A stretch of 64,000 bases of DNA from Auanema rhodensis (Eukaryota > Animalia > Nematoda). The position numbers were made by a program, and so were the translations under genes. Below, one piece after another: positions 38,901-54,400 of this stretch. The first letter of the stretch is position 1. Each line of letters begins with the position of its first letter. Location: contig OZ059895.1 of assembly GCA_964057225.1 (NCBI GenBank), positions 4,650,001 through 4,714,000 on the forward strand. Direction: 5' to 3'. Below the pieces are notes generated by a model, which did not search any database, was not told the origin of the DNA, and was given only the letters and a program-made list of their open reading frames with translations.

Positions 38901-41900
38901 ATTTAGCAAAAAGTAGATGTTTTTAGATTCCTTTTTTCAAGGCAAAGACGATGGACAATGTTATTCAACGAAAAAATTAATTCTTCAGGGTGAAAATCGA
39001 GGATATAAGTGTGAACTTATATCAGTTGATATCTCGGTGCATTTTCAAGCTAGCGAAATCTGATAACACAGATCGACGCAGCTTAAAAATCCGCATCGAA
39101 TGCACTATACTTCATTGAGAAACGCTTAATACAAAAATTAGTTATGATCGTTTGAAAAATGATGCATTAGTGTATGTTGAGTTTCCATGTACACTCAACA
39201 TTGCTTCCAAAAACATTTTGACAAAAATTTTTTCGAAAAATTTCAAAATAATTTAGCAAAAAGTAGATGTTTTTAGATTCCTTTTTTCAAGGCAAAGATG
39301 ATGGACAATGTTATTCAACGAAAAAATTAATTCTTCAGGGTGAAAATCGAGGATATAAGTGTGAACATATATCAGTTGATATCTCGGTGCATTTACAAGC
39401 TAGCGCAAATCTGATAACACAGATCGACGCAGCTTAAAAATCCGCATCGAATGCACTATACTTCATTGAGAAACGCTTAATACAAAAATTAGTTATGATC
39501 GTTTGAAAAATGATGCATTAGTGTATGTTGAGTTTCCATGCACACTCAACATTGCTTCCAAAAACATTTTGACAAAAATTTTTTCGAAAAATTTCAAAAT
39601 AATTTAGCAAAAAGTAGATGTTTTTAGATTCCTTTTTTTAAGGCAAAAATGATGGACAATGTTATTAAACGAAAAAATTAATTCTTCGGGGTGAAAATCG
39701 AGGATATAAGTGTGAACTTATATCAGTTGATATCTCGGTGCATTTTTAAGCTAGCGCAAATCTGATAACACAGATCGACGCAGCTTAAAAATCCGCATCG
39801 AATGCACTATACTACATTGAAAAACGCTTAATACAAAAATTAGTTATGATCGTTTGAAAAATGATGCATTAGTGTATGTTGAGTTTCCATGTACACTCAA
39901 CATTGCTTCCAAAAACATTTTGACAAAAATTTTTTCGAAAAATTTCAAAATAATTTAGCAAAAAGTAGATGTTTTTAGATTCCTTTTTTCAAGGCAAAGA
40001 TGATGGACAATGTTATTCAACGAAAAAATCAATTCTTCAGGGTGAAAATCGAGGATATAAGTGTGAACATATATCAGTTGATATCTCGGTGCATTTACAA
40101 GCTAGCGCAAATCTGATAACACAGATCGACGCAGCTTAAAAATCCGCATCGAATGCACTATACTTCATTGAGAAACGCTTAATACAAAAATTAGTTATGA
40201 TCGTTTGAAAAATGATGCATTAGTGTATGTTGAGTTTCCATGCACACTCAACATTGCTTCCAAAAACATTTTGACAAAAATTTTTTCGAAAAATTTCAAA
40301 ATAATTTAGCAAAAAGTAGATGTTTTTAGATTCCTTTTTTCAAGGCAAAGACGATGGACAATGTTATTCAACGAAAAAATTAATTCTTCAGGGTGAAAAT
40401 CGAGGATATAAGTGTGAACTTATATCAGTTGATATCTCGGTGCATTTTCAAGCTAGCGCAAATCTGATAACACAGATCGACGCAGCTTAAAAATCCGCAT
40501 CGAATGCACTATACTTCATTGAGAAACGCTTAATACAAAAATTAGTTATGATCGTTTGAAAAATGATGCATTAGTGTATGTTGAGTTTCCATGTACACTC
40601 AACATTGCTTCCAAAAACATTTTGACAAAAATTTTTTCGAAAAATTTCAAAATAATTTAGCAAAAAGTAGATGTTTTTAGATTCCTTTTTTCAAGGCAAA
40701 GACGATGGACAATGTTATTCAACGAAAAAATTAATTCTTCAGGGTGAAAATCGAGGATATAAGTGTGAACTTATATCAGTTGATATCTCGGTGCATTTTC
40801 AAGCTAGCGAAATCTGATAACACAGATCGACGCAGCTTAAAAATCCGCATCGAATGCACTATACTTCATTGAGAAACGCTTAATACAAAAATTAGTTATG
40901 ATCGTTTGAAAAATGATGCATTAGTGTATGTTGAGTTTCCATGTACACTCAACATTGCTTCCAAAAACATTTTGACAAAAATTTTTTCGAAAAATTTCAA
41001 AATAATTTAGCGAAAAGTAGATGTTTTTAGATTCCTTTTTTCAAGGCAAAGATGATGGACAATGTTATTCAACGAAAAAATTAATTCTTCAGGGTGAAAA
41101 TCGAGGATATAAGTGTGAACATATATCAGTTGATATCTCGGTGCATTTACAAGCTAGCGCAAATCTGATAACACAGATCGACGCAGCTTAAAAATCCGCA
41201 TCGAATGCACTATACTTCATTGAGAAACGCTTAATACAAAAATTAGTTATGATCGTTTGAAAAATGATGCATTAGTGTATGTTGAGTTTCCATGCACACT
41301 CAACATTGCTTCCAAAAACATTTTGACAAAAATTTTTTCGAAAAATTTCAAAATAATTTAGCAAAAAGTAGATGTTTTTAGATTCCTTTTTTCAAGGCAA
41401 AGACGATGGACAATGTTATTCAACGAAAAAATTAATTCTTCAGGGTGAAAATCGAGGATATAAGTGTGAACTTATATCAGTTGATATCTCGGTGCATTTT
41501 TAAGCTAGCGCAAATCTGATAACACAGATCGACGCAGCTTAAAAATCCGCATCGAATGCACTATACTTCATTGAGAAACGCTTAATACAAAAATTAGTTA
41601 TGATCGTTTGAAAAATGATGCATTAGTGTATGTTGAGTTTCCATGTACACTCAACATTGCTTCCAAAAACATTTTGACAAAAATTTTTTCGAAAAATTTC
41701 AAAATAATTTAGCAAAAAGTGGATGTTTTTAGATTCCTTTTTTCAAGGCAAAGACGATGGACAATGTTATTCAACGAAAAAATTAATTCTTCAGGGTGAA
41801 AATCGAGGATATAAGTGTGAACTTATATCAGTTGATATCTCGGTGCATTTTCAAGCTAGCGCAAATCTGATAACAAAGATCGACGCAGCTTAAAAATCCG

Positions 41901-44900
41901 CATCGAATGCACTATACTTCATTGAGAAACGCTTAATAAAAAATTAGTTATGATCGTTTGAAAAATGATGCATTAGTGTATGTTGAGTTTCCATGTACAC
42001 TCAACATTGCTTCCAAAAACATTTTGACAAAAATTTTTTCGAAAAATTTCAAAATAATTTAGCAAAAAGTAGATGTTTTTAGATTCCTTTTTTCAAGGCA
42101 AAGACGATGGACAATGTTATTCAACGAAAAAATTAATTCTTCAGGGTGAAAATCGAGGATATAAGTGTGAACTTATATCAGTTGATATCTCGGTGCATTT
42201 TCAAGCTAGCGAAATCTGATAACACAGATCGACGCAGCTTAAAAATCCGCATCGAATGCACTATACTTCATTGAGAAACGCTTAATACAAAAATTAGTTA
42301 TGATCGTTTGAAAAATGATGCATTAGTGTATGTTGAGTTTCCATGTACACTCAACATTGCTTCCAAAAACATTTTGACAAAAATTTTTTCGAAAAATTTC
42401 AAAATAATTTAGCAAAAAGTAGATGTTTTTGGATTCTTTTTTTCAAGGCAAAGACGATGGACAATGTTATTCAACGAAAAAATTAATTCTTCGGGGTGAA
42501 AATCGAGGATATAAGTGTGAACTTATATCAGTTGATATCTCGGTGCATTTTTAAGCTAGCGCAAATCTGATAACACAGATCGACGCAGCTTAAAAATCCG
42601 CAACGAATGCACTATACTACATTGAAAAACGCTTAATACAAAAATTAGTTATGATCGTTTGAAAAATGATGCATTAGTGTATGTTGAGTTTCCATGCACA
42701 CTCAACATTGCTTCCAAAAACATTTTGACAAAAATTTTTTCGAAAAATTTCAAAATAATTTAGCAAAAAGTAGATGTTTTTAGATTCCTTTTTTTAAGGC
42801 AAAAATGATGGACAATGTTATTAAACGAAAAAATTAATTCTTCAGGGTGAAAATCGAGGATATAAGTGTGAACTTATATCAGTTGATATCTCGGTGCATT
42901 TTTAAGCTAGCGCAAATCTGATAACACAGATCGACGCAGCTTAAAAATCCGCATCGAATGCACTATACTTCATTGAGAAACGCTTAATACAAAAATTAGT
43001 TATGATCGTTTGAAAAATGATGCATTAGTGTATGTTGAGTTTCCATGTACACTCAACATTGCTTCCAAAAACATTTTGACAAAAATTTTTTCGAAAAATT
43101 TCAAAATAATTTAGCAAAAAGTGGATGTTTTTAGATTCCTTTTTTCAAGGCAAAGACGATGGACAATGTTATTCAACGAAAAAATTAATTCTTCAGGGTG
43201 AAAATCGAGGATATAAGTGTGAACTTATATCAGTTGATATCTCGGTGCATTTTCAAGCTAGCGCAAATCTGATAACAAAGATCGACGCAGCTTAAAAATC
43301 CGCATCGAATGCACTATACTTCATTGAGAAACGCTTAATAAAAAATTAGTTATGATCGTTTGAAAAATGATGCATTAGTGTATGTTGAGTTTCCATGTAC
43401 ACTCAACATTGCTTCCAAAAACATTTTGACAAAAATTTTTTCGAAAAATTTCAAAATAATTTAGCAAAAAGTAGATGTTTTTAGATTCCTTTTTTCAAGG
43501 CAAAGACGATGGACAATGTTATTCAACGAAAAAATTAATTCTTCAGGGTGAAAATCGAGGATATAAGTGTGAACATATATCAGTTGATATCTCGGTGCAT
43601 TTTCAAGCTAGCGAAATCTGATAACACAGATCGACGCAGCTTAAAAATCCGCATCGAATGCACTATACTTCATTGAGAAACGCTTAATACAAAAATTAGT
43701 TATGATCGTTTGAAAAATGATGCATTAGTGTATGTTGAGTTTCCATGTACACTCAACATTGCTTCCAAAAACATTTTGACAAAAATTTTTTCGAAAAATT
43801 TCAAAATAATTTAGCGAAAAGTAGATGTTTTTAGATTCCTTTTTTCAAGGCAAAGATGATGGACAATGTTATTCAACGAAAAAATTAATTCTTCAGGGTG
43901 AAAATCGAGGATATAAGTGTGAACATATATCAGTTGATATCTCGGTGCATTTACAAGCTAGCGCAAATCTGATAACACAGATCGACGCAGCTTAAAAATC
44001 CGCATCGAATGCACTATACTTCATTGAGAAACGCTTAATACAAAAATTAGTTATGATCGTTTGAAAAATGATGCATTAGTGTATGTTGAGTTTCCATGTA
44101 CACTCAACATTGCTTCCAAAAACATTTTGACAAAAATTTTTTCGAAAAATTTCAAAATAATTTAGCAAAAAGTGGATGTTTTTAGATTCCTTTTTTCAAG
44201 GCAAAGACGATGGACAATGTTATTCAACGAAAAAATTAATTCTTCAGGGTGAAAATCGAGGATATAAGTGTGAACTTATATCAGTTGATATCTCGGTGCA
44301 TTTTCAAGCTAGCGCAAATCTGATAACAAAGATCGACGCAGCTTAAAAATCCGCATCGAATGCACTATACTTCATTGAGAAACGCTTAATAAAAAATTAG
44401 TTATGATCGTTTGAAAAATGATGCATTAGTGTATGTTGAGTTTCCATGTACACTCAACATTGCTTCCAAAAACATTTTGACAAAAATTTTTTCGAAAAAT
44501 TTCAAAATAATTTAGCAAAAAGTAGATGTTTTTAGATTCCTTTTTTTAAGGCAAAAATGATGGACAATGTTATTAAACGAAAAAATTAATTCTTCAGGGT
44601 GAAAATCGAGGATATAAGTGTGAACATATATCAGTTGATATCTCGGTGCATTTTCAAGCTAGCGCAAATCTGATAACAAAGATCGACGCAGCTTAAAAAT
44701 CCGCATCGAATGCACTATACTTCATTGAGAAACGCTTAATACAAAAATTAGTTATGATCGTTTGAAAAATGATGCATTAGTGTATGTTGAGTTTCCATGC
44801 ACACTCAACATTGCTTCCAAAAACATTTTGACAAAAATTTTTTCGAAAAATTTCAAAATAATTTAGCAAAAAGTAGATGTTTTTAGATTCCTTTTTTTAA

Positions 44901-47900
44901 GGCAAAAATGATGGACAATGTTATTAAACGAAAAAATTAATTCTTCGGGGTGAAAATCGAGGATATAAGTGTGAACTTATATCAGTTGATATCTCGGTGC
45001 ATTTTTAAGCTAGCGCAAATCTGATAACACAGATCGACGCAGCTTAAAAATCCGCATCGAATGCACTATACTACATTGAAAAACGCTTAATACAAAAATT
45101 AGTTATGATCGTTTGAAAAATGATGCATTAGTGTATGTTGAGTTTCCATGTACACTCAACATTGCTTCCAAAAACATTTTGACAAAAATTTTTTCGAAAA
45201 ATTTCAAAATAATTTAGCAAAAAGTAGATGTTTTTAGATTCCTTTTTTCAAGGCAAAGATGATGGACAATGTTATTCAACGAAAAAATCAATTCTTCAGG
45301 GTGAAAATCGAGGATATAAGTGTGAACATATATCAGTTGATATCTCGGTGCATTTACAAGCTAGCGCAAATCTGATAACACAGATCGACGCAGCTTAAAA
45401 ATCCGCATCGAATGCACTATACTTCATTGAGAAACGCTTAATACAAAAATTAGTTATGATCGTTTGAAAAATGATGCATTAGTGTATGTTGAGTTTCCAT
45501 GCACACTCAACATTGCTTCCAAAAACATTTTGACAAAAATTTTTTCGAAAAATTTCAAAATAATTTAGCAAAAAGTAGAGGTTTTTAGATTCCTTTTTTC
45601 AAGGCAAAGACGATGGACAATGTTATTCAACGAAAAAATTAATTCTTCAGGGTGAAAATCGAGGATATAAGTGTGAACTTATATCAGTTGATATCTCGGT
45701 GCATTTTCAAGCTAGCGCAAATCTGATAACACAGATCGACGCAGCTTAAAAATCCGCATCGAATGCACTATACTTCATTGAGAAACGCTTAATACAAAAA
45801 TTAGTTATGATCGTTTGAAAAATGATGCATTAGTGTATGTTGAGTTTCCATGTACACTCAACATTGCTTCCAAAAACATTTTGACAAAAATTTTTTCGAA
45901 AAATTTCAAAATAATTTAGCAAAAAGTAGATGTTTTTAGATTCCTTTTTTCAAGGCAAAGACGATGGACAATGTTATTCAACGAAAAAATTAATTCTTCA
46001 GGGTGAAAATCGAGGATATAAGTGTGAACTTATATCAGTTGATATCTCGGTGCATTTTCAAGCTAGCGAAATCTGATAACACAGATCGACGCAGCTTAAA
46101 AATCCGCATCGAATGCACTATACTTCATTGAGAAACGCTTAATACAAAAATTAGTTATGATCGTTTGAAAAATGATGCATTAGTGTATGTTGAGTTTCCA
46201 TGTACACTCAACATTGCTTCCAAAAACATTTTGACAAAAATTTTTTCGAAAAATTTCAAAATAATTTAGCGAAAAGTAGATGTTTTTAGATTCCTTTTTT
46301 CAAGGCAAAGATGATGGACAATGTTATTCAACGAAAAAATTAATTCTTCAGGGTGAAAATCGAGGATATAAGTGTGAACATATATCAGTTGATATCTCGG
46401 TGCATTTACAAGCTAGCGCAAATCTGATAACACAGATCGACGCAGCTTAAAAATCCGCATCGAATGCACTATACTTCATTGAGAAACGCTTAATACAAAA
46501 ATTAGTTATGATCGTTTGAAAAATGATGCATTAGTGTATGTTGAGTTTCCATGCACACTCAACATTGCTTCCAAAAACATTTTGACAAAAATTTTTTCGA
46601 AAAATTTCAAAATAATTTAGCAAAAAGTAGATGTTTTTAGATTCCTTTTTTTAAGGCAAAAATGATGGACAATGTTATTAAACGAAAAAATTAATTCTTC
46701 AGGGTGAAAATCGAGGATATAAGTGTGAACTTATATCAGTTGATATCTCGGTGCATTTTTAAGCTAGCGCAAATCTGATAACACAGATCGACGCAGCTTA
46801 AAAATCCGCATCGAATGCACTATACTTCATTGAGAAACGCTTAATACAAAAATTAGTTATGATCGTTTGAAAAATGATGCATTAGTGTATGTTGAGTTTC
46901 CATGTACACTCAACATTGCTTCCAAAAACATTTTGACAAAAATTTTTTCGAAAAATTTCAAAATAATTTAGCAAAAAGTGGATGTTTTTAGATTCCTTTT
47001 TTCAAGGCAAAGACGATGGACAATGTTATTCAACGAAAAAATTAATTCTTCAGGGTGAAAATCGAGGATATAAGTGTGAACTTATATCAGTTGATATCTC
47101 GGTGCATTTTCAAGCTAGCGCAAATCTGATAACAAAGATCGACGCAGCTTAAAAATCCGCATCGAATGCACTATACTTCATTGAGAAACGCTTAATAAAA
47201 AATTAGTTATGATCGTTTGAAAAATGATGCATTAGTGTATGTTGAGTTTCCATGTACACTCAACATTGCTTCCAAAAACATTTTGACAAAAATTTTTTCG
47301 AAAAATTTCAAAATAATTTAGCAAAAAGTAGATGTTTTTAGATTCCTTTTTTCAAGGCAAAGACGATGGACAATGTTATTCAACGAAAAAATTAATTCTT
47401 CAGGGTGAAAATCGAGGATATAAGTGTGAACTTATATCAGTTGATATCTCGGTGCATTTTCAAGCTAGCGAAATCTGATAACACAGATCGACGCAGCTTA
47501 AAAATCCGCATCGAATGCACTATACTTCATTGAGAAACGCTTAATACAAAAATTAGTTATGATCGTTTGAAAAATGATGCATTAGTGTATGTTGAGTTTC
47601 CATGTACACTCAACATTGCTTCCAAAAACATTTTGACAAAAATTTTTTCGAAAAATTTCAAAATAATTTAGCAAAAAGTAGATGTTTTTGGATTCTTTTT
47701 TTCAAGGCAAAGACGATGGACAATGTTATTCAACGAAAAAATTAATTCTTCGGGGTGAAAATCGAGGATATAAGTGTGAACTTATATCAGTTGATATCTC
47801 GGTGCATTTTTAAGCTAGCGCAAATCTGATAACACAGATCGACGCAGCTTAAAAATCCGCAACGAATGCACTATACTACATTGAAAAACGCTTAATACAA

Positions 47901-48406
47901 AAATTAGTTATGATCGTTTGAAAAATGATGCATTAGTGTATGTTGAGTTTCCATGCACACTCAACATTGCTTCCAAAAACATTTTGACAAAAATTTTTTC
48001 GAAAAATTTCAAAATAATTTAGCAAAAAGTAGATGTTTTTAGATTCCTTTTTTTAAGGCAAAAATGATGGACAATGTTATTAAACGAAAAAATTAATTCT
48101 TCAGGGTGAAAATCGAGGATATAAGTGTGAACTTATATCAGTTGATATCTCGGTGCATTTTTAAGCTAGCGCAAATCTGATAACACAGATCGACGCAGCT
48201 TAAAAATCCGCATCGAATGCACTATACTTCATTGAGAAACGCTTAATACAAAAATTAGTTATGATCGTTTGAAAAATGATGCATTAGTGTATGTTGAGTT
48301 TCCATGTACACTCAACATTGCTTCCAAAAACATTTTGACAAAAATTTTTTCGAAAAATTTCAAAATAATTTAGCGAAAAGTAGATGTTTTTAGATTCCTT
48401 TTTTCA
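32980..48406. repeat. 44-monomer block (15,427 bp), copy 1 of a large intra-array tandem duplication
   Basis: Monomer-type order is reproduced from 48407. Rare marker AAATCTGCA at 36990 and 52417 (offset 15,427). Confidence 0.88.
37538..41745. repeat. Complete 12-monomer higher-order repeat unit (4208 bp); second complete unit at 55068-59275
   Basis: Monomer types run C-D-E-F-G-A-H-I-J-L-A-B, then restart C-D-E at 41746 and at 59276. Confidence 0.8.
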
Positions 48407-51400
48407 AGGCAAAGATGATGGACAATGTTATTCAACGAAAAAATTAATTCTTCAGGGTGAAAATCGAGGATATAAGTGTGAACATATATCAGTTGATATC
48501 TCGGTGCATTTACAAGCTAGCGCAAATCTGATAACACAGATCGACGCAGCTTAAAAATCCGCATCGAATGCACTATACTTCATTGAGAAACGCTTAATAC
48601 AAAAATTAGTTATGATCGTTTGAAAAATGATGCATTAGTGTATGTTGAGTTTCCATGCACACTCAACATTGCTTCCAAAAACATTTTGACAAAAATTTTT
48701 TCGAAAAATTTCAAAATAATTTAGCAAAAAGTAGATGTTTTTAGATTCCTTTTTTTAAGGCAAAAATGATGGACAATGTTATTAAACGAAAAAATTAATT
48801 CTTCAGGGTGAAAATCGAGGATATAAGTGTGAACTTATATCAGTTGATATCTCGGTGCATTTTTAAGCTAGCGCAAATCTGATAACACAGATCGACGCAG
48901 CTTAAAAATCCGCATCGAATGCACTATACTTCATTGAGAAACGCTCAATACAAAAATTAGTTATGATCGTTTGAAAAATGATGCATTAGTGTATGTTGAG
49001 TTTCCATGCACACTCAACATTGCTTCCAAAAACATTTTGACAAAAATTTTTTCGAAAAATTTCAAAATAATTTAGCAAAAAGTAGATGTTTTTAGATTCC
49101 TTTTTTTAAGGCAAAAATGATGGACAATGTTATTAAACGAAAAAATTAATTCTTCAGGGTGAAAATCGAGGATATAAGTGTGAACTTATATCAGTTGATA
49201 TCTCGGTGCATTTTTAAGCTAGCGCAAATCTGATAACACAGATCGACGCAGCTTAAAAATCCGCATCGAATGCACTATACTTCATTGAGAAACGCTTAAT
49301 ACAAAAATTAGTTATGATCGTTTGAAAAATGATGCATTAGTGTATGTTGAGTTTCCATGTACACTCAACATTGCTTCCAAAAACATTTTGACAAAAATTT
49401 TTTCGAAAAATTTCAAAATAATTTAGCAAAAAGTGGATGTTTTTAGATTCCTTTTTTCAAGGCAAAGACGATGGACAATGTTATTCAACGAAAAAATTAA
49501 TTCTTCAGGGTGAAAATCGAGGATATAAGTGTGAACTTATATCAGTTGATATCTCGGTGCATTTTCAAGCTAGCGCAAATCTGATAACAAAGATCGACGC
49601 AGCTTAAAAATCCGCATCGAATGCACTATACTTCATTGAGAAACGCTTAATAAAAAATTAGTTATGATCGTTTGAAAAATGATGCATTAGTGTATGTTGA
49701 GTTTCCATGTACACTCAACATTGCTTCCAAAAACATTTTGACAAAAATTTTTTCGAAAAATTTCAAAATAATTTAGCGAAAAGTAGATGTTTTTAGATTC
49801 CTTTTTTCAAGGCAAAGATGATGGACAATGTTATTCAACGAAAAAATTAATTCTTCAGGGTGAAAATCGAGGATATAAGTGTGAACATATATCAGTTGAT
49901 ATCTCGGTGCATTTACAAGCTAGCGCAAATCTGATAACACAGATCGACGCAGCTTAAAAATCCGCATCGAATGCACTATACTTCATTGAGAAACGCTTAA
50001 TACAAAAATTAGTTATGATCGTTTGAAAAATGATGCATTAGTGTATGTTGAGTTTCCATGCACACTCAACATTGCTTCCAAAAACATTTTGACAAAAATT
50101 TTTTCGAAAAATTTCAAAATAATTTAGCAAAAAGTAGATGTTTTTAGATTCCTTTTTTTAAGGCAAAAATGATGGACAATGTTATTAAACGAAAAAATTA
50201 ATTCTTCAGGGTGAAAATCGAGGATATAAGTGTGAACTTATATCAGTTGATATCTCGGTGCATTTTTAAGCTAGCGCAAATCTGATAACACAGATCGACG
50301 CAGCTTAAAAATCCGCATCGAATGCACTATACTTCATTGAGAAACGCTTAATACAAAAATTAGTTATGATCGTTTGAAAAATGATGCATTAGTGTATGTT
50401 GAGTTTCCATGTACACTCAACATTGCTTCCAAAAACATTTTGACAAAAATTTTTTCGAAAAATTTCAAAATAATTTAGCAAAAAGTGGATGTTTTTAGAT
50501 TCCTTTTTTCAAGGCAAAGACGATGGACAATGTTATTCAACGAAAAAATTAATTCTTCAGGGTGAAAATCGAGGATATAAGTGTGAACTTATATCAGTTG
50601 ATATCTCGGTGCATTTTCAAGCTAGCGCAAATCTGATAACAAAGATCGACGCAGCTTAAAAATCCGCATCGAATGCACTATACTTCATTGAGAAACGCTT
50701 AATAAAAAATTAGTTATGATCGTTTGAAAAATGATGCATTAGTGTATGTTGAGTTTCCATGTACACTCAACATTGCTTCCAAAAACATTTTGACAAAAAT
50801 TTTTTCGAAAAATTTCAAAATAATTTAGCAAAAAGTAGATGTTTTTAGATTCCTTTTTTCAAGGCAAAGACGATGGACAATGTTATTCAACGAAAAAATT
50901 AATTCTTCAGGGTGAAAATCGAGGATATAAGTGTGAACTTATATCAGTTGATATCTCGGTGCATTTTCAAGCTAGCGAAATCTGATAACACAGATCGACG
51001 CAGCTTAAAAATCCGCATCGAATGCACTATACTTCATTGAGAAACGCTTAATACAAAAATTAGTTATGATCGTTTGAAAAATGATGCATTAGTGTATGTT
51101 GAGTTTCCATGTACACTCAACATTGCTTCCAAAAACATTTTGACAAAAATTTTTTCGAAAAATTTCAAAATAATTTAGCAAAAAGTAGATGTTTTTGGAT
51201 TCTTTTTTTCAAGGCAAAGACGATGGACAATGTTATTCAACGAAAAAATTAATTCTTCGGGGTGAAAATCGAGGATATAAGTGTGAACTTATATCAGTTG
51301 ATATCTCGGTGCATTTTTAAGCTAGCGCAAATCTGATAACACAGATCGACGCAGCTTAAAAATCCGCAACGAATGCACTATACTACATTGAAAAACGCTT

Positions 51401-54400
51401 AATACAAAAATTAGTTATGATCGTTTGAAAAATGATGCATTAGTGTATGTTGAGTTTCCATGTACACTCAACATTGCTTCCAAAAACATTTTGACAAAAA
51501 TTTTTTCGAAAAATTTCAAAATAATTTAGCAAAAAGTAGATGTTTTTAGATTCCTTTTTTCAAGGCAAAGATGATGGACAATGTTATTCAACGAAAAAAT
51601 CAATTCTTCAGGGTGAAAATCGAGGATATAAGTGTGAACTTATATCAGTTGATATCTCGGTGCATTTTTAAGCTAGCGCAAATCTGATAACACAGATCGA
51701 CGCAGCTTAAAAATCCGCATCGAATGCACTATACTTCATTGAGAAACGCTTAATACAAAAATTAGTTATGATCGTTTGAAAAATGATGCATTAGTGTATG
51801 TTGAGTTTCCATGTACACTCAACATTGCTTCCAAAAACATTTTGACAAAAATTTTTTCGAAAAATTTCAAAATAATTTAGCAAAAAGTAGATGTTTTTAG
51901 ATTCCTTTTTTCAAGGCAAAGACGATGGACAATGTTATTCAACGAAAAAATTAATTCTTCAGGGTGAAAATCGAGGATATAAGTGTGAACTTATATCAGT
52001 TGATATCTCGGTGCATTTTCAAGCTAGCGAAATCTGATAACACAGATCGACGCAGCTTAAAAATCCGCATCGAATGCACTATACTTCATTGAGAAACGCT
52101 TAATACAAAAATTAGTTATGATCGTTTGAAAAATGATGCATTAGTGTATGTTGAGTTTCCATGTACACTCAACATTGCTTCCAAAAACATTTTGACAAAA
52201 ATTTTTTCGAAAAATTTCAAAATAATTTAGCAAAAAGTAGATGTTTTTAGATTCCTTTTTTCAAGGCAAAGATGATGGACAATGTTATTCAACGAAAAAA
52301 TTAATTCTTCAGGGTGAAAATCGAGGATATAAGTGTGAACATATATCAGTTGATATCTCGGTGCATTTACAAGCTAGCGCAAATCTGATAACACAGATCG
52401 ACGCAGCTTAAAAATCTGCATCGAATGCACTATACTTCATTGAGAAACGCTTAATACAAAAATTAGTTATGATCGTTTGAAAAATGATGCATTAGTGTAT
52501 GTTGAGTTTCCATGCACACTCAACATTGCTTCCAAAAACATTTTGACAAAAATTTTTTCGAAAAATTTCAAAATAATTTAGCAAAAAGTAGATGTTTTTA
52601 GATTCCTTTTTTTAAGGCAAAAATGATGGACAATGTTATTAAACGAAAAAATTAATTCTTCGGGGTGAAAATCGAGGATATAAGTGTGAACTTATATCAG
52701 TTGATATCTCGGTGCATTTTCAAGCTAGCGAAATCTGATAACACAGATCGACGCAGCTTAAAAATCCGCATCGAATGCACTATACTTCATTGAGAAACGC
52801 TTAATACAAAAATTAGTTATGATCGTTTGAAAAATGATGCATTAGTGTATGTTGAGTTTCCATGTACACTCAACATTGCTTCCAAAAACATTTTGACAAA
52901 AATTTTTTCGAAAAATTTCAAAATAATTTAGCAAAAAGTGGATGTTTTTAGATTCCTTTTTTCAAGGCAAAGACGATGGACAATGTTATTCAACGAAAAA
53001 ATTAATTCTTCAGGGTGAAAATCGAGGATATAAGTGTGAACTTATATCAGTTGATATCTCGGTGCATTTTCAAGCTAGCGCAAATCTGATAACAAAGATC
53101 GACGCAGCTTAAAAATCCGCATCGAATGCACTATACTTCATTGAGAAACGCTTAATAAAAAATTAGTTATGATCGTTTGAAAAATGATGCATTAGTGTAT
53201 GTTGAGTTTCCATGTACACTCAACATTGCTTCCAAAAACATTTTGACAAAAATTTTTTCGAAAAATTTCAAAATAATTTAGCAAAAAGTAGATGTTTTTA
53301 GATTCCTTTTTTCAAGGCAAAGACGATGGACAATGTTATTCAACGAAAAAATTAATTCTTCAGGGTGAAAATCGAGGATATAAGTGTGAACTTATATCAG
53401 TTGATATCTCGGTGCATTTTCAAGCTAGCGAAATCTGATAACACAGATCGACGCAGCTTAAAAATCCGCATCGAATGCACTATACTTCATTGAGAAACGC
53501 TTAATACAAAAATTAGTTATGATCGTTTGAAAAATGATGCATTAGTGTATGTTGAGTTTCCATGTACACTCAACATTGCTTCCAAAAACATTTTGACAAA
53601 AATTTTTTCGAAAAATTTCAAAATAATTTAGCAAAAAGTAGATGTTTTTGGATTCTTTTTTTCAAGGCAAAGACGATGGACAATGTTATTCAACGAAAAA
53701 ATTAATTCTTCGGGGTGAAAATCGAGGATATAAGTGTGAACTTATATCAGTTGATATCTCGGTGCATTTTTAAGCTAGCGCAAATCTGATAACACAGATC
53801 GACGCAGCTTAAAAATCCGCAACGAATGCACTATACTACATTGAAAAACGCTTAATACAAAAATTAGTTATGATCGTTTGAAAAATGATGCATTAGTGTA
53901 TGTTGAGTTTCCATGTACACTCAACATTGCTTCCAAAAACATTTTGACAAAAATTTTTTCGAAAAATTTCAAAATAATTTAGCAAAAAGTAGATGTTTTT
54001 AGATTCCTTTTTTCAAGGCAAAGATGATGGACAATGTTATTCAACGAAAAAATCAATTCTTCAGGGTGAAAATCGAGGATATAAGTGTGAACTTATATCA
54101 GTTGATATCTCGGTGCATTTTTAAGCTAGCGCAAATCTGATAACACAGATCGACGCAGCTTAAAAATCCGCATCGAATGCACTATACTTCATTGAGAAAC
54201 GCTTAATACAAAAATTAGTTATGATCGTTTGAAAAATGATGCATTAGTGTATGTTGAGTTTCCATGTACACTCAACATTGCTTCCAAAAACATTTTGACA
54301 AAAATTTTTTCGAAAAATTTCAAAATAATTTAGCAAAAAGTAGATGTTTTTAGATTCCTTTTTTCAAGGCAAAGACGATGGACAATGTTATTCAACGAAA